Positions 1 to 9,129 of a stretch of DNA of 64,000 bases are shown here, piece by piece. The notes below the pieces were generated by a model. It searched no databases and was not told the origin of the DNA. It was given only the letters and a program-made list of their open reading frames with translations. The stretch comes from Acidaminococcaceae bacterium. GTDB lineage: Bacteria > Bacillota > Negativicutes > Acidaminococcales > Acidaminococcaceae. A program made the translations under genes and the position numbers. The stretch is from the NCBI GenBank assembly GCA_029004715.1, contig JAQVYX010000002.1:2664-66663 (forward strand), given 5' to 3'. Numbering within the stretch: position 1 is the stretch's first letter; each line of letters starts with the position of its first letter.

Positions 1-459
1 AGAGAGCAGTGGTGAGTTTATTTCAAAAAAAGGATTCTCTGTGGTAGCCCCAATAAGAATAATCGTTCCATTTTCCACAAAAGGCAGCAAAACATCTTGT
101 TGTCCCTTATTAAACCGGTGTATTTCATCAATGAAAACAATCGTGCGTCCCTGCCCAGAACGTAATGTCCCTTGTGCCTTGGCAATTAGTTTACGTAATT
201 CCGGTACACCGGAAGAAACTGCATTAATAGCTACAAAGCTATTACCGGTGATTTTAGCAATAACACTAGCCAAGGTAGTCTTCCCAGTCCCTGGAGGTCC
301 ATAGAGCATAATAGATGGCACCATATCCTTTTCAATCATGCGGCGCAAATAACTGGTTTCACCCACTACTTTTTCTTGCCCCACAAAATCGCCCAAGGTT
401 TGAGGACGCATTCTATCCGCTAAAGGTTTTTCATTTATATTTTCAAATAAACTATCCAT
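1..459 (-). CDS. rarA: Replication-associated recombination protein A (RarA/MgsA), first 153 codons; C-terminus runs off the left edge
   Basis: Hand translation from ATG 457-459: MDSLFENINEKPLADRMRPQTLGDFVGQEKV...LYGPPGTGKTTLASVIA (Walker A)...IVFIDEIHRFNKGQQDVLLP. Absent from the ORF track because no stop lies in the window; + ORF 41..304 is its antisense shadow. Confidence 0.85.
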   Translation of the reverse strand, partial: MDSLFENINEKPLADRMRPQTLGDFVGQEKVVGETSYLRRMIEKDMVPSIMLYGPPGTGKTTLASVIAKITGNSFVAINAVSSGVPELRKLIAKAQGTLRSGQGRTIVFIDEIHRFNKGQQDVLLPFVENGTIILIGATTENPFFEINSPLLS

Positions 460-470
460 AAAACTCTTTC

Positions 471-1157
471 CTATCTCCCCTTTGCAAGGGCACGAATAAT
501 CTCGGAAGCGATTAAAAGACCGGCAGAAGCCGGTACAAATACCATACTAGACGGTGTGCTTACCTTTGTTAATTTATTAGGTGTCTCCTTACTATAAACT
601 ACCTGTACGCCGCTAGTTACACCCTTTTGGCGTAATCCCTTGCGCACTGCTCTCGCCAAGGGACAAGTGTTCGTAGCGCTTATATCTGCAACAAGAAGTT
701 TTGTAGGATCAAGTTTATTGCCTGTCCCCATCGATGATATTATTGGTATTGCTGCCTGAACACAAGAAAAAATTATGTCAATTTTAGCTGGAACGTCATC
801 AATAGCATCTGCTATAAAATCAAATTCACCAGGAAAAAACTCTGAAAATGCCCCTGGTTTGTAAAATTCTCCCACCGTTTCTACCATACATTCCGGATTA
901 ATATCTTTAATGCGAGCAGCAACAACATCCGTCTTTTTTTTGCCCATAGTAGACACTAGTGCCGGCAGCTGTCGATTAATGTTACTAGGCGCCACAGTAT
1001 CACCATCTATAATGCGCACAGTACCCACACCGCTACGAGTTAAGGCTTCCGCTATATAAGAACCTACTCCTCCTAAACCAATAACGGCAACTTTGGCTTT
1101 TTTTATTTTAGCAAGACCCTCAGGTCCCAACATCATTTCAACTCTACATAAATCCAT
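471..1157 (-). CDS. tcdA: tRNA threonylcarbamoyladenosine dehydratase (ThiF/MoeB-type E1-like, TcdA/YrvM family)
   Basis: 228 aa; Rossmann motif VAVIGLGGVGSYIAEAL; sits between aspS/6S and rarA, as yrvM does in B. subtilis. Confidence 0.8.
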   Translation of the reverse strand: MDLCRVEMMLGPEGLAKIKKAKVAVIGLGGVGSYIAEALTRSGVGTVRIIDGDTVAPSNINRQLPALVSTMGKKKTDVVAARIKDINPECMVETVGEFYKPGAFSEFFPGEFDFIADAIDDVPAKIDIIFSCVQAAIPIISSMGTGNKLDPTKLLVADISATNTCPLARAVRKGLRQKGVTSGVQVVYSKETPNKLTKVSTPSSMVFVPASAGLLIASEIIRALAKGR

Positions 1158-1169
1158 AATAGTCTCCTA

Positions 1170-1364
1170 AAAACCAAAAGAACCCCACAATGCCGCATAC
1201 ATTCCAGGTTTTGAACCTGCATGTGCAGGTGGGTGCCTTCCCTACTTATTTCTGATGTCCCCTCAAGGGGGCTTATCATCACTAAGAGGCGCTCATGGCT
1301 CCCGAAAATAATGTGTTGGCTCAAAACACGGAATCTCACTCGTACATCGCAGGGGATTCTCTTT
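1170..1364 (-). ncRNA. ssrS: 6S RNA (SsrS/BsrA-like), about 190 nt; ends approximate
   Basis: A 240-nt gap between aspS and tcdA with no credible ORF. On the minus strand, 5' AGAGAAUCCCCUGCGAUGUAC pairs with 3' GUAUGCGGCAUUGUGGGGUUCUUUU to give a long, bulged closing stem. The aspS-yrvM intergenic region is where B. subtilis 6S-1 (bsrA) lies. Confidence 0.55.
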
Positions 1365-1399
1365 AGTTATATTCTAGCAAAGTTTGCTTGCATATGCAA

Positions 1400-3208
1400 T
1401 TATTCTTTACTTTCTTTATTTTCTTTAATTTCTTTTTTTACCACGCTGGACCTAATATGCAGCTCTCTCAATTGCTTATCTTCAACATCGTCAGGCGCTT
1501 GGCTCATTAAATCTGTTGCACTTTGTGTTTTAGGGAAAGCAATAACATCACGGATAGAGGGGCGATTAGCCATAATCATGATTAAACGATCTAATCCAAA
1601 AGCCAAACCACCATGTGGTGGTGCTCCAAATTCAAAAGCAGTCATCAAGAAGCCAAATTTTTCTTTAGCTTCTTCATCGGTAAGACCAATAGCTTTAAAA
1701 ACTTCTTTTTGTACTTCTCTGCGATGAATACGTATGCTGCCGCCGCCAATTTCAGTACCGTTAAGTACCATATCATAAGCTTGAGCATAAACCCTACCCG
1801 GATCAGAACATAAGTATTGAATGTCCTCTGGGCAAGGAGCCGTAAACGGATGATGCACAGCTACCCAGCGTTTTTCTTCTTCACTGTAATCAAACATAGG
1901 GAACTTTACAACCCAAGTAAAAGCAAGTTGTTTTTCGTCAATTAGACCCCTGCGTTTTGCCATTTCTAAGCGTAAAGCGCCCAAGGCTTGTGCTACTACT
2001 GCTGGTTTTCGGTCAGCAACAAAGAGGAGTAAATCTCCCGGTTCTGCTTTTCCGGTAGCCAAAATAGCCTTAATTTCTTCTTCACTAAAGAATTTGGCAA
2101 TTGGAGATTTTACAGTGCCATCTTCATTGACCATAATCCAAGCCAACCCTTTAGCGCCATAAATTCCTACGAATTCTACTAAACTATCTAATTCACGACG
2201 GGCAATATTGCTATAACCTTTAACATTTATAGCTTTAACTAAGCCGCCTTTGTCCACTATGTCTTTAAATACTTTAAAGTTGCTTTGTTTAATCGCAGCG
2301 CACATATTTACTAATTTCATGTCAAAGCGTAAGTCAGGTTTGTCACTGCCATATTGGTCCATAGCGTCATCCCAAGTAATACGTTGAAAGGGAATTTGTA
2401 AATCTTTATCTAAAGCACCTTTGAATATATAGGAAATTAAACCTTCCATAAGCTTCATAATATCTTCTTCGTCGACAAAAGACATTTCCATATCTAATTG
2501 AGTAAATTCAGGCTGCCTATCAGCACGCAAATCTTCGTCACGGAAACAACGTACAATTTGGAAATATTTTTCCATACCGGCTACCATTAAAATTTGTTTG
2601 AAAATTTGTGGTGATTGCGGTAATGCATAAAATTTCCCCGGATTAACACGACTAGGAACTAAATAGTCTCTAGCCCCTTCAGGTGTGCTTTTGGTTAACA
2701 TTGGTGTTTCAATTTCCAAGAAGTCTTTGTTATCCAAGTAATCACGCATAAGCTTAGTAACCTTATGACGCAAAATTAGATTTTTTTGCATTTCAGGTCT
2801 GCGCAAGTCTAAATAGCGATAACGCAATCTTACATTTTCATCAACATCAACACCGTCTTTTATATAAAAAGGAGGTGTTTTAGCTGTATTCAATACTTCC
2901 AATTCCTTTACTACTACTTCTATTTCTCCTGTAGCAATATGAGGATTAATGGTTTCCGGTGAACGAGGTCTAACGCTACCGGATACTTGTAAAACATATT
3001 CGTTACGAACATCCTCTGCCAAATGGAAATTTTCTTTAGCGAATTCCGGTGAAACAACTACTTGCACAATCCCGGAACGATCTCTTAAGTCGATAAAAAT
3101 AATGCCACCATGGTCACGACGTTTTGCTACCCAACCACAAAGGGTTACTTCTGTACCGGCTGCTTGCTTTGTTAAATTTCCGCAATAATGACTGCGTTTT
3201 TTACTCAT
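1400..3208 (-). CDS. aspS: Aspartate--tRNA ligase
   Basis: 602 aa; N-terminal OB fold; class II motifs FRDEDLRADRQPEFTQLD, GGGSIRIH, LAFGLDRL; overlaps the hisS stop by 8 nt. Confidence 0.97.
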   Translation of the reverse strand: MSKKRSHYCGNLTKQAAGTEVTLCGWVAKRRDHGGIIFIDLRDRSGIVQVVVSPEFAKENFHLAEDVRNEYVLQVSGSVRPRSPETINPHIATGEIEVVVKELEVLNTAKTPPFYIKDGVDVDENVRLRYRYLDLRRPEMQKNLILRHKVTKLMRDYLDNKDFLEIETPMLTKSTPEGARDYLVPSRVNPGKFYALPQSPQIFKQILMVAGMEKYFQIVRCFRDEDLRADRQPEFTQLDMEMSFVDEEDIMKLMEGLISYIFKGALDKDLQIPFQRITWDDAMDQYGSDKPDLRFDMKLVNMCAAIKQSNFKVFKDIVDKGGLVKAINVKGYSNIARRELDSLVEFVGIYGAKGLAWIMVNEDGTVKSPIAKFFSEEEIKAILATGKAEPGDLLLFVADRKPAVVAQALGALRLEMAKRRGLIDEKQLAFTWVVKFPMFDYSEEEKRWVAVHHPFTAPCPEDIQYLCSDPGRVYAQAYDMVLNGTEIGGGSIRIHRREVQKEVFKAIGLTDEEAKEKFGFLMTAFEFGAPPHGGLAFGLDRLIMIMANRPSIRDVIAFPKTQSATDLMSQAPDDVEDKQLRELHIRSSVVKKEIKENKESKE

Positions 3209-4475
3209 GTTTTTGCACCTCTGTTTTATTTAAAATTATGGAAAGGTCTTCTATTTGAACTTCATTTTGCTCACTGGTATCCATATCACGTAAAACCACA
3301 ACGCCTCTAGCAACTTCCTCTTCGCCAAAAATAATTACCTTATGTGCTTTTAAACGATTGGCCTGCTTCATCTGCGCCTTCATACTACGGCCCAAAAAGT
3401 CCATGTCACAAGGCAAACCACAGGCACGCAAAACATTAAGTGTTTTAAATGCTAGCGGTAAATTATCCGTATCAGGTACCACAACAAAAATATCAATATT
3501 TTCCGCAGCTTCCGGCAAAAGGTTTTGTTTGGTTAAAGCCAAGAGTACACGTTCCATGCCCATGGCAAAACCAATACCCGGAGTGCTAGGTCCCCCTAGT
3601 TCTTCGACCAAGCCATCATAGCGTCCTCCGCCACAAACAGCACTCTGCGCGCCTAAAGGCGAATATTGTATTTCAAAAGCAGTTTTTGTGTAATAATCTA
3701 GGCCCCTTACCAAATTACTATCAATTTCATACTCGACTCCCGCCGCGTTTAGCAGTTCTTGTACTTTAGCAAAATGTTCGCTGCACTCGTCACATAAACA
3801 ATCAGTAATTTTAGGTGCTCCGACGGCTATCTGCTTACATTCCGGAACTTTGCAATCTAAAATACGCAAAGGATTACGTTCAAAACGGTTTTGACAATCC
3901 CTACATAATTTCTGCAAATTGGGGCGGAAAAAATCTTGTAAAAGTTTTCTGTGTACAGGCCGGCAATTGCCACACCCTACAGAATTTATTTTTAGTTTTA
4001 AATCCGTTAACCCCAATTTTTTAAGAACTTGCAGCGCCAGCATAATTACTTCCGCATCAATAATGGGCGATGACGCGCCTAAAGCTTCAATACCAAACTG
4101 ATGAAATTGGCGCATGCGTCCGGCTTGAGGACGATCATAACGAAACATGGGTCCAATATAATAAAGTTTTGTCGGTGCCACATCACCGTACATCTTATTT
4201 TCTACAAAAGCGCGTACAACAGAAGCGGTATTTTCCGGACGTAACGTAAGACTTCTTGCGCCTCGATCCGTGAATGTATACATTTCTTTTTCTACTACAT
4301 CAGTAGTATCACCGATACCTCTATGAAAAAGCTCTGTGTGCTCAAACATAGGAGTTCTAATTTCATGATAGTCAAAAATAGCGCATACCTCGCGCATTAC
4401 CTGTTCCACATAGCGCCAGGCCATAATAGAAGCCGGTAATATATCTTTTGTACCACGGGGTGCACCTGTTAACAC
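3201..4475 (-). CDS. hisS: Histidine--tRNA ligase
   Basis: HisRS motifs RYDRPQAGRMRQFHQFG and GGGRYDGL. Start moved to GTG 4473-4475, 7 nt after AGGAGG; the ORF-track start at 4496 has no SD. Confidence 0.95.
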   Translation of the reverse strand: MLTGAPRGTKDILPASIMAWRYVEQVMREVCAIFDYHEIRTPMFEHTELFHRGIGDTTDVVEKEMYTFTDRGARSLTLRPENTASVVRAFVENKMYGDVAPTKLYYIGPMFRYDRPQAGRMRQFHQFGIEALGASSPIIDAEVIMLALQVLKKLGLTDLKLKINSVGCGNCRPVHRKLLQDFFRPNLQKLCRDCQNRFERNPLRILDCKVPECKQIAVGAPKITDCLCDECSEHFAKVQELLNAAGVEYEIDSNLVRGLDYYTKTAFEIQYSPLGAQSAVCGGGRYDGLVEELGGPSTPGIGFAMGMERVLLALTKQNLLPEAAENIDIFVVVPDTDNLPLAFKTLNVLRACGLPCDMDFLGRSMKAQMKQANRLKAHKVIIFGEEEVARGVVVLRDMDTSEQNEVQIEDLSIILNKTEVQKHE

Positions 4476-4535
4476 TATAACTCCTCCTAACAACAACTAA
4501 TTAATATATTTATATTCTTTTATGCATACTTAAGT

Positions 4536-4565
4536 ATTTTAACACAAGTTTACTGTTTTCTTCAA
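4536..4565 (-). promoter_or_regulatory. Putative sigma-A promoter of hisS-aspS (TTGAAG, 18 nt, TGtTAAAAT)
   Basis: Minus strand reads TTGAAGaaaacagtaaacttgTGtTAAAAT about 60 nt upstream of the hisS GTG, just after the upstream terminator. Confidence 0.4.
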
Positions 4566-4598
4566 TAATTTATGTAAACTTTTATAAATTGGGTCAGC

Positions 4599-4637
4599 AA
4601 AAAAGGCTTCTTAGAGCTGTTTACCCTAAAAAGCCTT
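4599..4637 (-). terminator. Rho-independent terminator after the AI-2E transporter gene
   Basis: 12-bp stem aaggctttttag/ctaagaagcctt (1 mismatch) followed by a T6 run on the minus strand. Confidence 0.65.
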
Positions 4638-4640
4638 AAT

Positions 4641-5720
4641 TTAGCTCCGTTTTTTTAATTCAATAGCCATGTCTTCATCCATATGCCATAAATGATCATA
4701 TAACACTTTACAAACGGCTACCACAGGTACGGCAAAAAGCAGGCCCACGATGCCAAAGAGTTTTCCACCCACTAAAACTCCTAAAATAATAAGTACCGGA
4801 TGCAAAGAAATAGATTTGCCCATAATTGTTGGCATAATATATTGCCCATCAATTTGATAAAATACTAAGTAAAAAATTACTACTTTTAAAGCCAACGAAG
4901 AATCCTGAGAATAAGCAATAAATACTGCCGGTATAGAACCTAAAATAGGACCAAGAACAGGAACTGTCTCTACTACAACGGCAATAAACCCTAAAACAAG
5001 AGGGAATTGTACGCCTAGAAAATATGTTCCCATTGTAATACATAACCCTGCTATCATAGAAAGTTTAAATATGCCTCGCACATACGCACTGAGCATATTA
5101 CCTATATCATCTAAAATATTAGCCACCAAAGGCTGACTTTCATAAGAAAAGACATTAATAGTCATTGTGCGCAGGGTACGCCAATCTTTCAAAAAATAAA
5201 AAGTTAAAAATGGCACGATGATAAGGCCTATTAGGCTTAGCGCCATGTCAAAAGTAGAGGTTACTAAATTTTGCACTACAGCCATAACATGGCTTGTAGC
5301 CAAAGATAAAACATTATCAATTAATGTCTGTAAATTAGAAGGCAATGATGCCTTGGCTTGTTGATTAAAGAAAATTTCCCAACCATTTTCCGACTGATTA
5401 GTGAGTGCCGGTAATCTTATCAGCAGTCTATTCACTTCACTAAAAAGCGGTAGAACAAGAAAATTTATCAAAAAATACAAGAAAGCGCAAAAAGCAGCAA
5501 ATGAAAGCATAATCGCGACTACTTGCGGTAAATGTTTCCCGCCTCTAAAAGGTATCTTTCTAAACCCTTTGACCAAGGGATTTAAAACAAAAGCCAAAGC
5601 AATACCCATAAAAACAGGGAATAAAAATCCCGCCACTAAATAGAAAATAAATAGTGCGACCACTGCGGAAGCAACTTTAAACCAGACATTTTGAGGTAAG
5701 CTTTGCAAATTTTTTATCAT
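4641..5720 (-). CDS. AI-2E family transporter (PerM/UPF0118-like polytopic membrane protein)
   Basis: 359 aa, about 8 hydrophobic helices, family-typical length and C-terminal region. Confidence 0.8.
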   Translation of the reverse strand: MIKNLQSLPQNVWFKVASAVVALFIFYLVAGFLFPVFMGIALAFVLNPLVKGFRKIPFRGGKHLPQVVAIMLSFAAFCAFLYFLINFLVLPLFSEVNRLLIRLPALTNQSENGWEIFFNQQAKASLPSNLQTLIDNVLSLATSHVMAVVQNLVTSTFDMALSLIGLIIVPFLTFYFLKDWRTLRTMTINVFSYESQPLVANILDDIGNMLSAYVRGIFKLSMIAGLCITMGTYFLGVQFPLVLGFIAVVVETVPVLGPILGSIPAVFIAYSQDSSLALKVVIFYLVFYQIDGQYIMPTIMGKSISLHPVLIILGVLVGGKLFGIVGLLFAVPVVAVCKVLYDHLWHMDEDMAIELKKRS

Positions 5721-5726
5721 AATTTT

Positions 5727-6347
5727 CTACTGCAGGAAGGGGTTCCTGCGCCTTTCCCAGCCAACTGTAGTTGCCGGCCCGTGTCCCGGTAATAATTGTA
5801 TGTCATCAGCTAATGGTAAGATTTTATCTTTAATAGATTTAATTATGTCTTCATAAGAACCACCGGGCAAATCCGTGCGCCCAATAGATTCAGCAAAAAT
5901 AGTATCCCCACAAAAAACTACTTCGCCGGCTAAGATGCACATACCACCCGGAGTATGACCGGGAGTTGATAAAACCTTAAATTTCATACCAGCAACAACC
6001 AGTTCTTGGTTATCTGTAAAATATTCATCTGCAGCAGAAAATGTCTGATTTTCCCCGATGAATTCAGATAGATTGCTATTAGCATTTGTCAGCATAGGTT
6101 CATCAGCCTTGCTAATATAAACCTTCGCTCCTGTTGCCTTGCGCACTTCATCAAGGGCCATAATATGATCGCTATGTCCATGAGTAATAAAAATAGCTTC
6201 AATTTTTACACCATGCTTTTTTATGGTACTAAGAATTCTATCACCATCACCGCCGGGATCAACAATCACACCCGTATTGGTTGTTTCATTAATGGCGATA
6301 TAACAATTAGTACCAATCACACCGACTTCCAAAACTAATATTTTCAT
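5727..6347 (-). CDS. MBL-fold metallo-hydrolase (glyoxalase II-like)
   Basis: 206 aa; metal motif ITHGHSDH; later TPGHTPG and GDT.F; commonly found downstream of dtd in Firmicutes. Confidence 0.85.
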   Translation of the reverse strand: MKILVLEVGVIGTNCYIAINETTNTGVIVDPGGDGDRILSTIKKHGVKIEAIFITHGHSDHIMALDEVRKATGAKVYISKADEPMLTNANSNLSEFIGENQTFSAADEYFTDNQELVVAGMKFKVLSTPGHTPGGMCILAGEVVFCGDTIFAESIGRTDLPGGSYEDIIKSIKDKILPLADDIQLLPGHGPATTVGWERRRNPFLQ

Positions 6348-6429
6348 GTGTCCTCCTGTTAATAGCTGTGAGAAACCCTCACTCGCTAAGATTATAATAT
6401 TTGCAGCTACGGCCTTCCGCAGCCATCTA

Positions 6430-6879
6430 TTAAAATGTTTTTTTGCTGTCTAATAACAACGTTACCGGGCCATCATTAATAAGTTCTACCGCCATATCAG
6501 CCTGAAATTGTCCCGTTTGGATATTCACGCCGCGATTTTTACATAAAGCCACAAACTTCTCATACAAAACCCTGGCTGTTTTAGTACTAGCCGCTTCAGC
6601 AAAAGAAGGCCTTCTGCCCTTACGGCAATCTCCCTGCAGGGTAAACTGTGATACTACTAACAAGCTCCCTTTAATATCTGCTAGAGCCAGATTCATTTTT
6701 CCCTGTTCATCTTCAAAAATGCGCAGGCCTATAATTTTTCCCACCAAAAAGTCAACATCTTCCTCGGTATCATCCTTCCCTATCCCTAAGAAGAGCAACA
6801 GACCCTTTTCTATTTTCCCTATAACTTCCGAATCAACAGTCACAGAAGCTCTAGTTACCCGCTGTACTACTGCTCGCAC
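6430..6879 (-). CDS. dtd: D-aminoacyl-tRNA deacylase
   Basis: 149 aa; MRAVVQRV N-terminus, SQFTLQGD and GRRPSF motifs; immediately follows relA. Confidence 0.95.
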   Translation of the reverse strand: MRAVVQRVTRASVTVDSEVIGKIEKGLLLFLGIGKDDTEEDVDFLVGKIIGLRIFEDEQGKMNLALADIKGSLLVVSQFTLQGDCRKGRRPSFAEAASTKTARVLYEKFVALCKNRGVNIQTGQFQADMAVELINDGPVTLLLDSKKTF

Positions 6880-6880
6880 T

Positions 6881-9112
6881 TTAACCTCCTATGCTGCCCG
6901 GAATATCACGTTCCACATTATATATTCCCTTAACACGTTTAATACGTCCAATAATATACTCTAACTGTTCTAAACTAGTAACATCTAAACCCATATGAAT
7001 AACTGCCGGTTTGTTCTTATCAGTACGCGCATTCAGGGAATTAATGTTAATTTTTGATTCAGATGCCACCATCATAATATTAGCCATGACACCTGGTTGA
7101 TCCGCAGCTGTAACTTGCAAATTAACTTTGTACACAGCATCTGTAGCAATATCCCAAGAAACATCAATCATTCTATCAACCTCTTCGGTATTAGCCAAAA
7201 CATTGGAACAATCTGCTCTATGTACAGAAATGCCTCGTCCACGCGTAATATATCCCACAATAGGGTCCCCGGGAATTGGGTTGCAACAACGAGACAGTTT
7301 TACCATAATTCCATCTTCGCCCTTAACTAAAATACCATGACTAGAATTTGCTTTAGAAGTTCTTGGTTTTAGCCCTGCCAATAATTGCGACAAATCTTTG
7401 GTCGTATTTTTCTTTTGGGTACTTTTATATTGTTCAATGATTTTAGCCATAACGGTGTTTAAAGGTACCCCGCCATAACCCAAACCGGCTAAAAGATTTT
7501 CTTCACCGCCGTCCATATGAACTTTGCCGGCAACTTCTTTTAAATATTCTGGAGTTAATAACACTTTCGGTTCATAACCTAAGCGTTTACAATCTTTTTC
7601 CAGCATTTCCCGGCCCTTAGCAATATTTTCTTCTCTGCGTTCCTTTTTAAACCATTGTTTGATTTTATTTTTAGTTTCCGAAGAACCTGCTATGTTTAGC
7701 CAATCGCGACTAGGACCATTGGCTTGTTTTGAAGTAATTACTTCAACAATATCTCCATTACTTAAAGTATAGTCTAAAGGGACAATACGTCCGTTAACTT
7801 TGGCTCCCACACAACTATTGCCTACCCCGGTATGAATACGATAGGCGAAATCTATGGGCACTGAGCCTACCGGTAAATCAATAACATCGCCCCTAGGCGT
7901 GAAGACAAATACTTCATCGGCAAAAACATCCATTTTTACCGTGTTAACAAATTCATTGGGATCTCGCATATCTTGGTGCCATTCCAACAATTGGCGCAGC
8001 CAAGATAATTTAGCGTCAAAAGATTTAGCTCCTCCCATAGGTGCTTTAGAACCACCGGACTCTTTATAACGCCAATGTGCCGCGATACCATATTCACTAA
8101 TGCGATGCATTTCAAAGGTCCGTATTTGGATTTCCAAAGGTTGTCCATTTGATGATACTATGGTTGTATGCAAGGACTGATACATATTTGATTTAGGCAC
8201 AGCCACATAATCTTTAAAACGTCCAGGAATTGGCCGCCACAAACTATGCACTATGCCCAAAACCCCATAACAATCTTTTACTGTATCAACTAAAACTCTT
8301 ACTGCCAAAAGGTCATAAATTTCATTGATATTTTTATGGTCACGCTGCATTTTTTTATGAATACTGTAAAAACTCTTGGGCCTGCCCTGAATTTCGCAAT
8401 GAATATCGGCTGCGTCAATATGCTCTTTCATCTCCGCAATAGCCTCTTCAATCATGGCTTCTCGTTCACGGCGACGGTTTTTCACCTGTTCAACTAATTC
8501 ATAATATCTTTCAGGCTCCATATATCTAAAAGATAAATCTTCCAATTCCCATTTGATAGCATAAATACCAAGACGGTGAGCTAGTGGTGCATAAATTTCC
8601 AAAGTTTCACTAGAAATTGATTTTTGTTTATTAATTGGCATATAGCGCATTGTGCGCATATTATGTAATCTATCAGCCAGTTTTATCATTACTACACGTA
8701 TATCTTTAGCCATTGCTAAAAACATCTTGCGATAATTTTCAACTTGTTGTTCTTCTTTAGATATATACTCAATTTTGCTTAACTTTGTTACGCCATCTAC
8801 TAAATCTGCTACTTTAGGGCCAAAAATTTCTGCAAGTTGCGCTAAAGTATAGTCTGTATCCTCAACTACATCGTGCAAAAAGGCTGCCGCTAAGGTCAAT
8901 TCATCTAATTGCAGATGAGCCAAAATCATTGCTACCCCTAAAGGATGAATAATATAAGGCTCACCAGAAGCACGCTTTTGTGAAGCATGGGCGTCCGCTG
9001 CTAAATTATAAGCTTTGCGCACAAAAGAAACTTGGTCTTGGGAAAGATATTTTGTTATAGTAGCAAAAAAATCTTCTACATTTATATCAGATGTTGTTGT
9101 TACCTCCTCCAT
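6881..9112 (-). CDS. relA: Bifunctional (p)ppGpp synthetase/hydrolase (Rel/RSH)
   Basis: HD hydrolase domain (HDVVEDT), RelA/SpoT synthetase domain, TGS and ACT-like C-terminus. Start set to ATG 9110-9112 after GGTGA; the ORF-track start at 9139 would overlap the recJ stop. Confidence 0.95.
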   Translation of the reverse strand: MEEVTTTSDINVEDFFATITKYLSQDQVSFVRKAYNLAADAHASQKRASGEPYIIHPLGVAMILAHLQLDELTLAAAFLHDVVEDTDYTLAQLAEIFGPKVADLVDGVTKLSKIEYISKEEQQVENYRKMFLAMAKDIRVVMIKLADRLHNMRTMRYMPINKQKSISSETLEIYAPLAHRLGIYAIKWELEDLSFRYMEPERYYELVEQVKNRRREREAMIEEAIAEMKEHIDAADIHCEIQGRPKSFYSIHKKMQRDHKNINEIYDLLAVRVLVDTVKDCYGVLGIVHSLWRPIPGRFKDYVAVPKSNMYQSLHTTIVSSNGQPLEIQIRTFEMHRISEYGIAAHWRYKESGGSKAPMGGAKSFDAKLSWLRQLLEWHQDMRDPNEFVNTVKMDVFADEVFVFTPRGDVIDLPVGSVPIDFAYRIHTGVGNSCVGAKVNGRIVPLDYTLSNGDIVEVITSKQANGPSRDWLNIAGSSETKNKIKQWFKKERREENIAKGREMLEKDCKRLGYEPKVLLTPEYLKEVAGKVHMDGGEENLLAGLGYGGVPLNTVMAKIIEQYKSTQKKNTTKDLSQLLAGLKPRTSKANSSHGILVKGEDGIMVKLSRCCNPIPGDPIVGYITRGRGISVHRADCSNVLANTEEVDRMIDVSWDIATDAVYKVNLQVTAADQPGVMANIMMVASESKININSLNARTDKNKPAVIHMGLDVTSLEQLEYIIGRIKRVKGIYNVERDIPGSIGG

Positions 9113-9129
9113 ATTATCACCTTTCCACA

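Noticed and set aside
41-304. An 87-aa plus-strand ORF at the left edge
   Set aside because: It is the antisense shadow of the truncated rarA gene, whose Walker A and Walker B motifs read clearly on the minus strand.
1221-1727. A 168-aa plus-strand ORF and the 68-aa minus ORF at 1133..1339
   Set aside because: They run antisense across the aspS 3' end or through the 6S RNA region. There is no SD, the composition is odd, and the region is better explained by aspS plus a structured RNA.
4476-4640. T-box leader upstream of hisS-aspS, as B. subtilis has
   Set aside because: Only about 100 nt separate the upstream terminator (4599-4637) from the hisS GTG, and the predicted 5' UTR is about 60 nt. 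That is too short for a T-box, and I found no T-box consensus (AAUUAGGGUGGUACCGCG-like) sequence.
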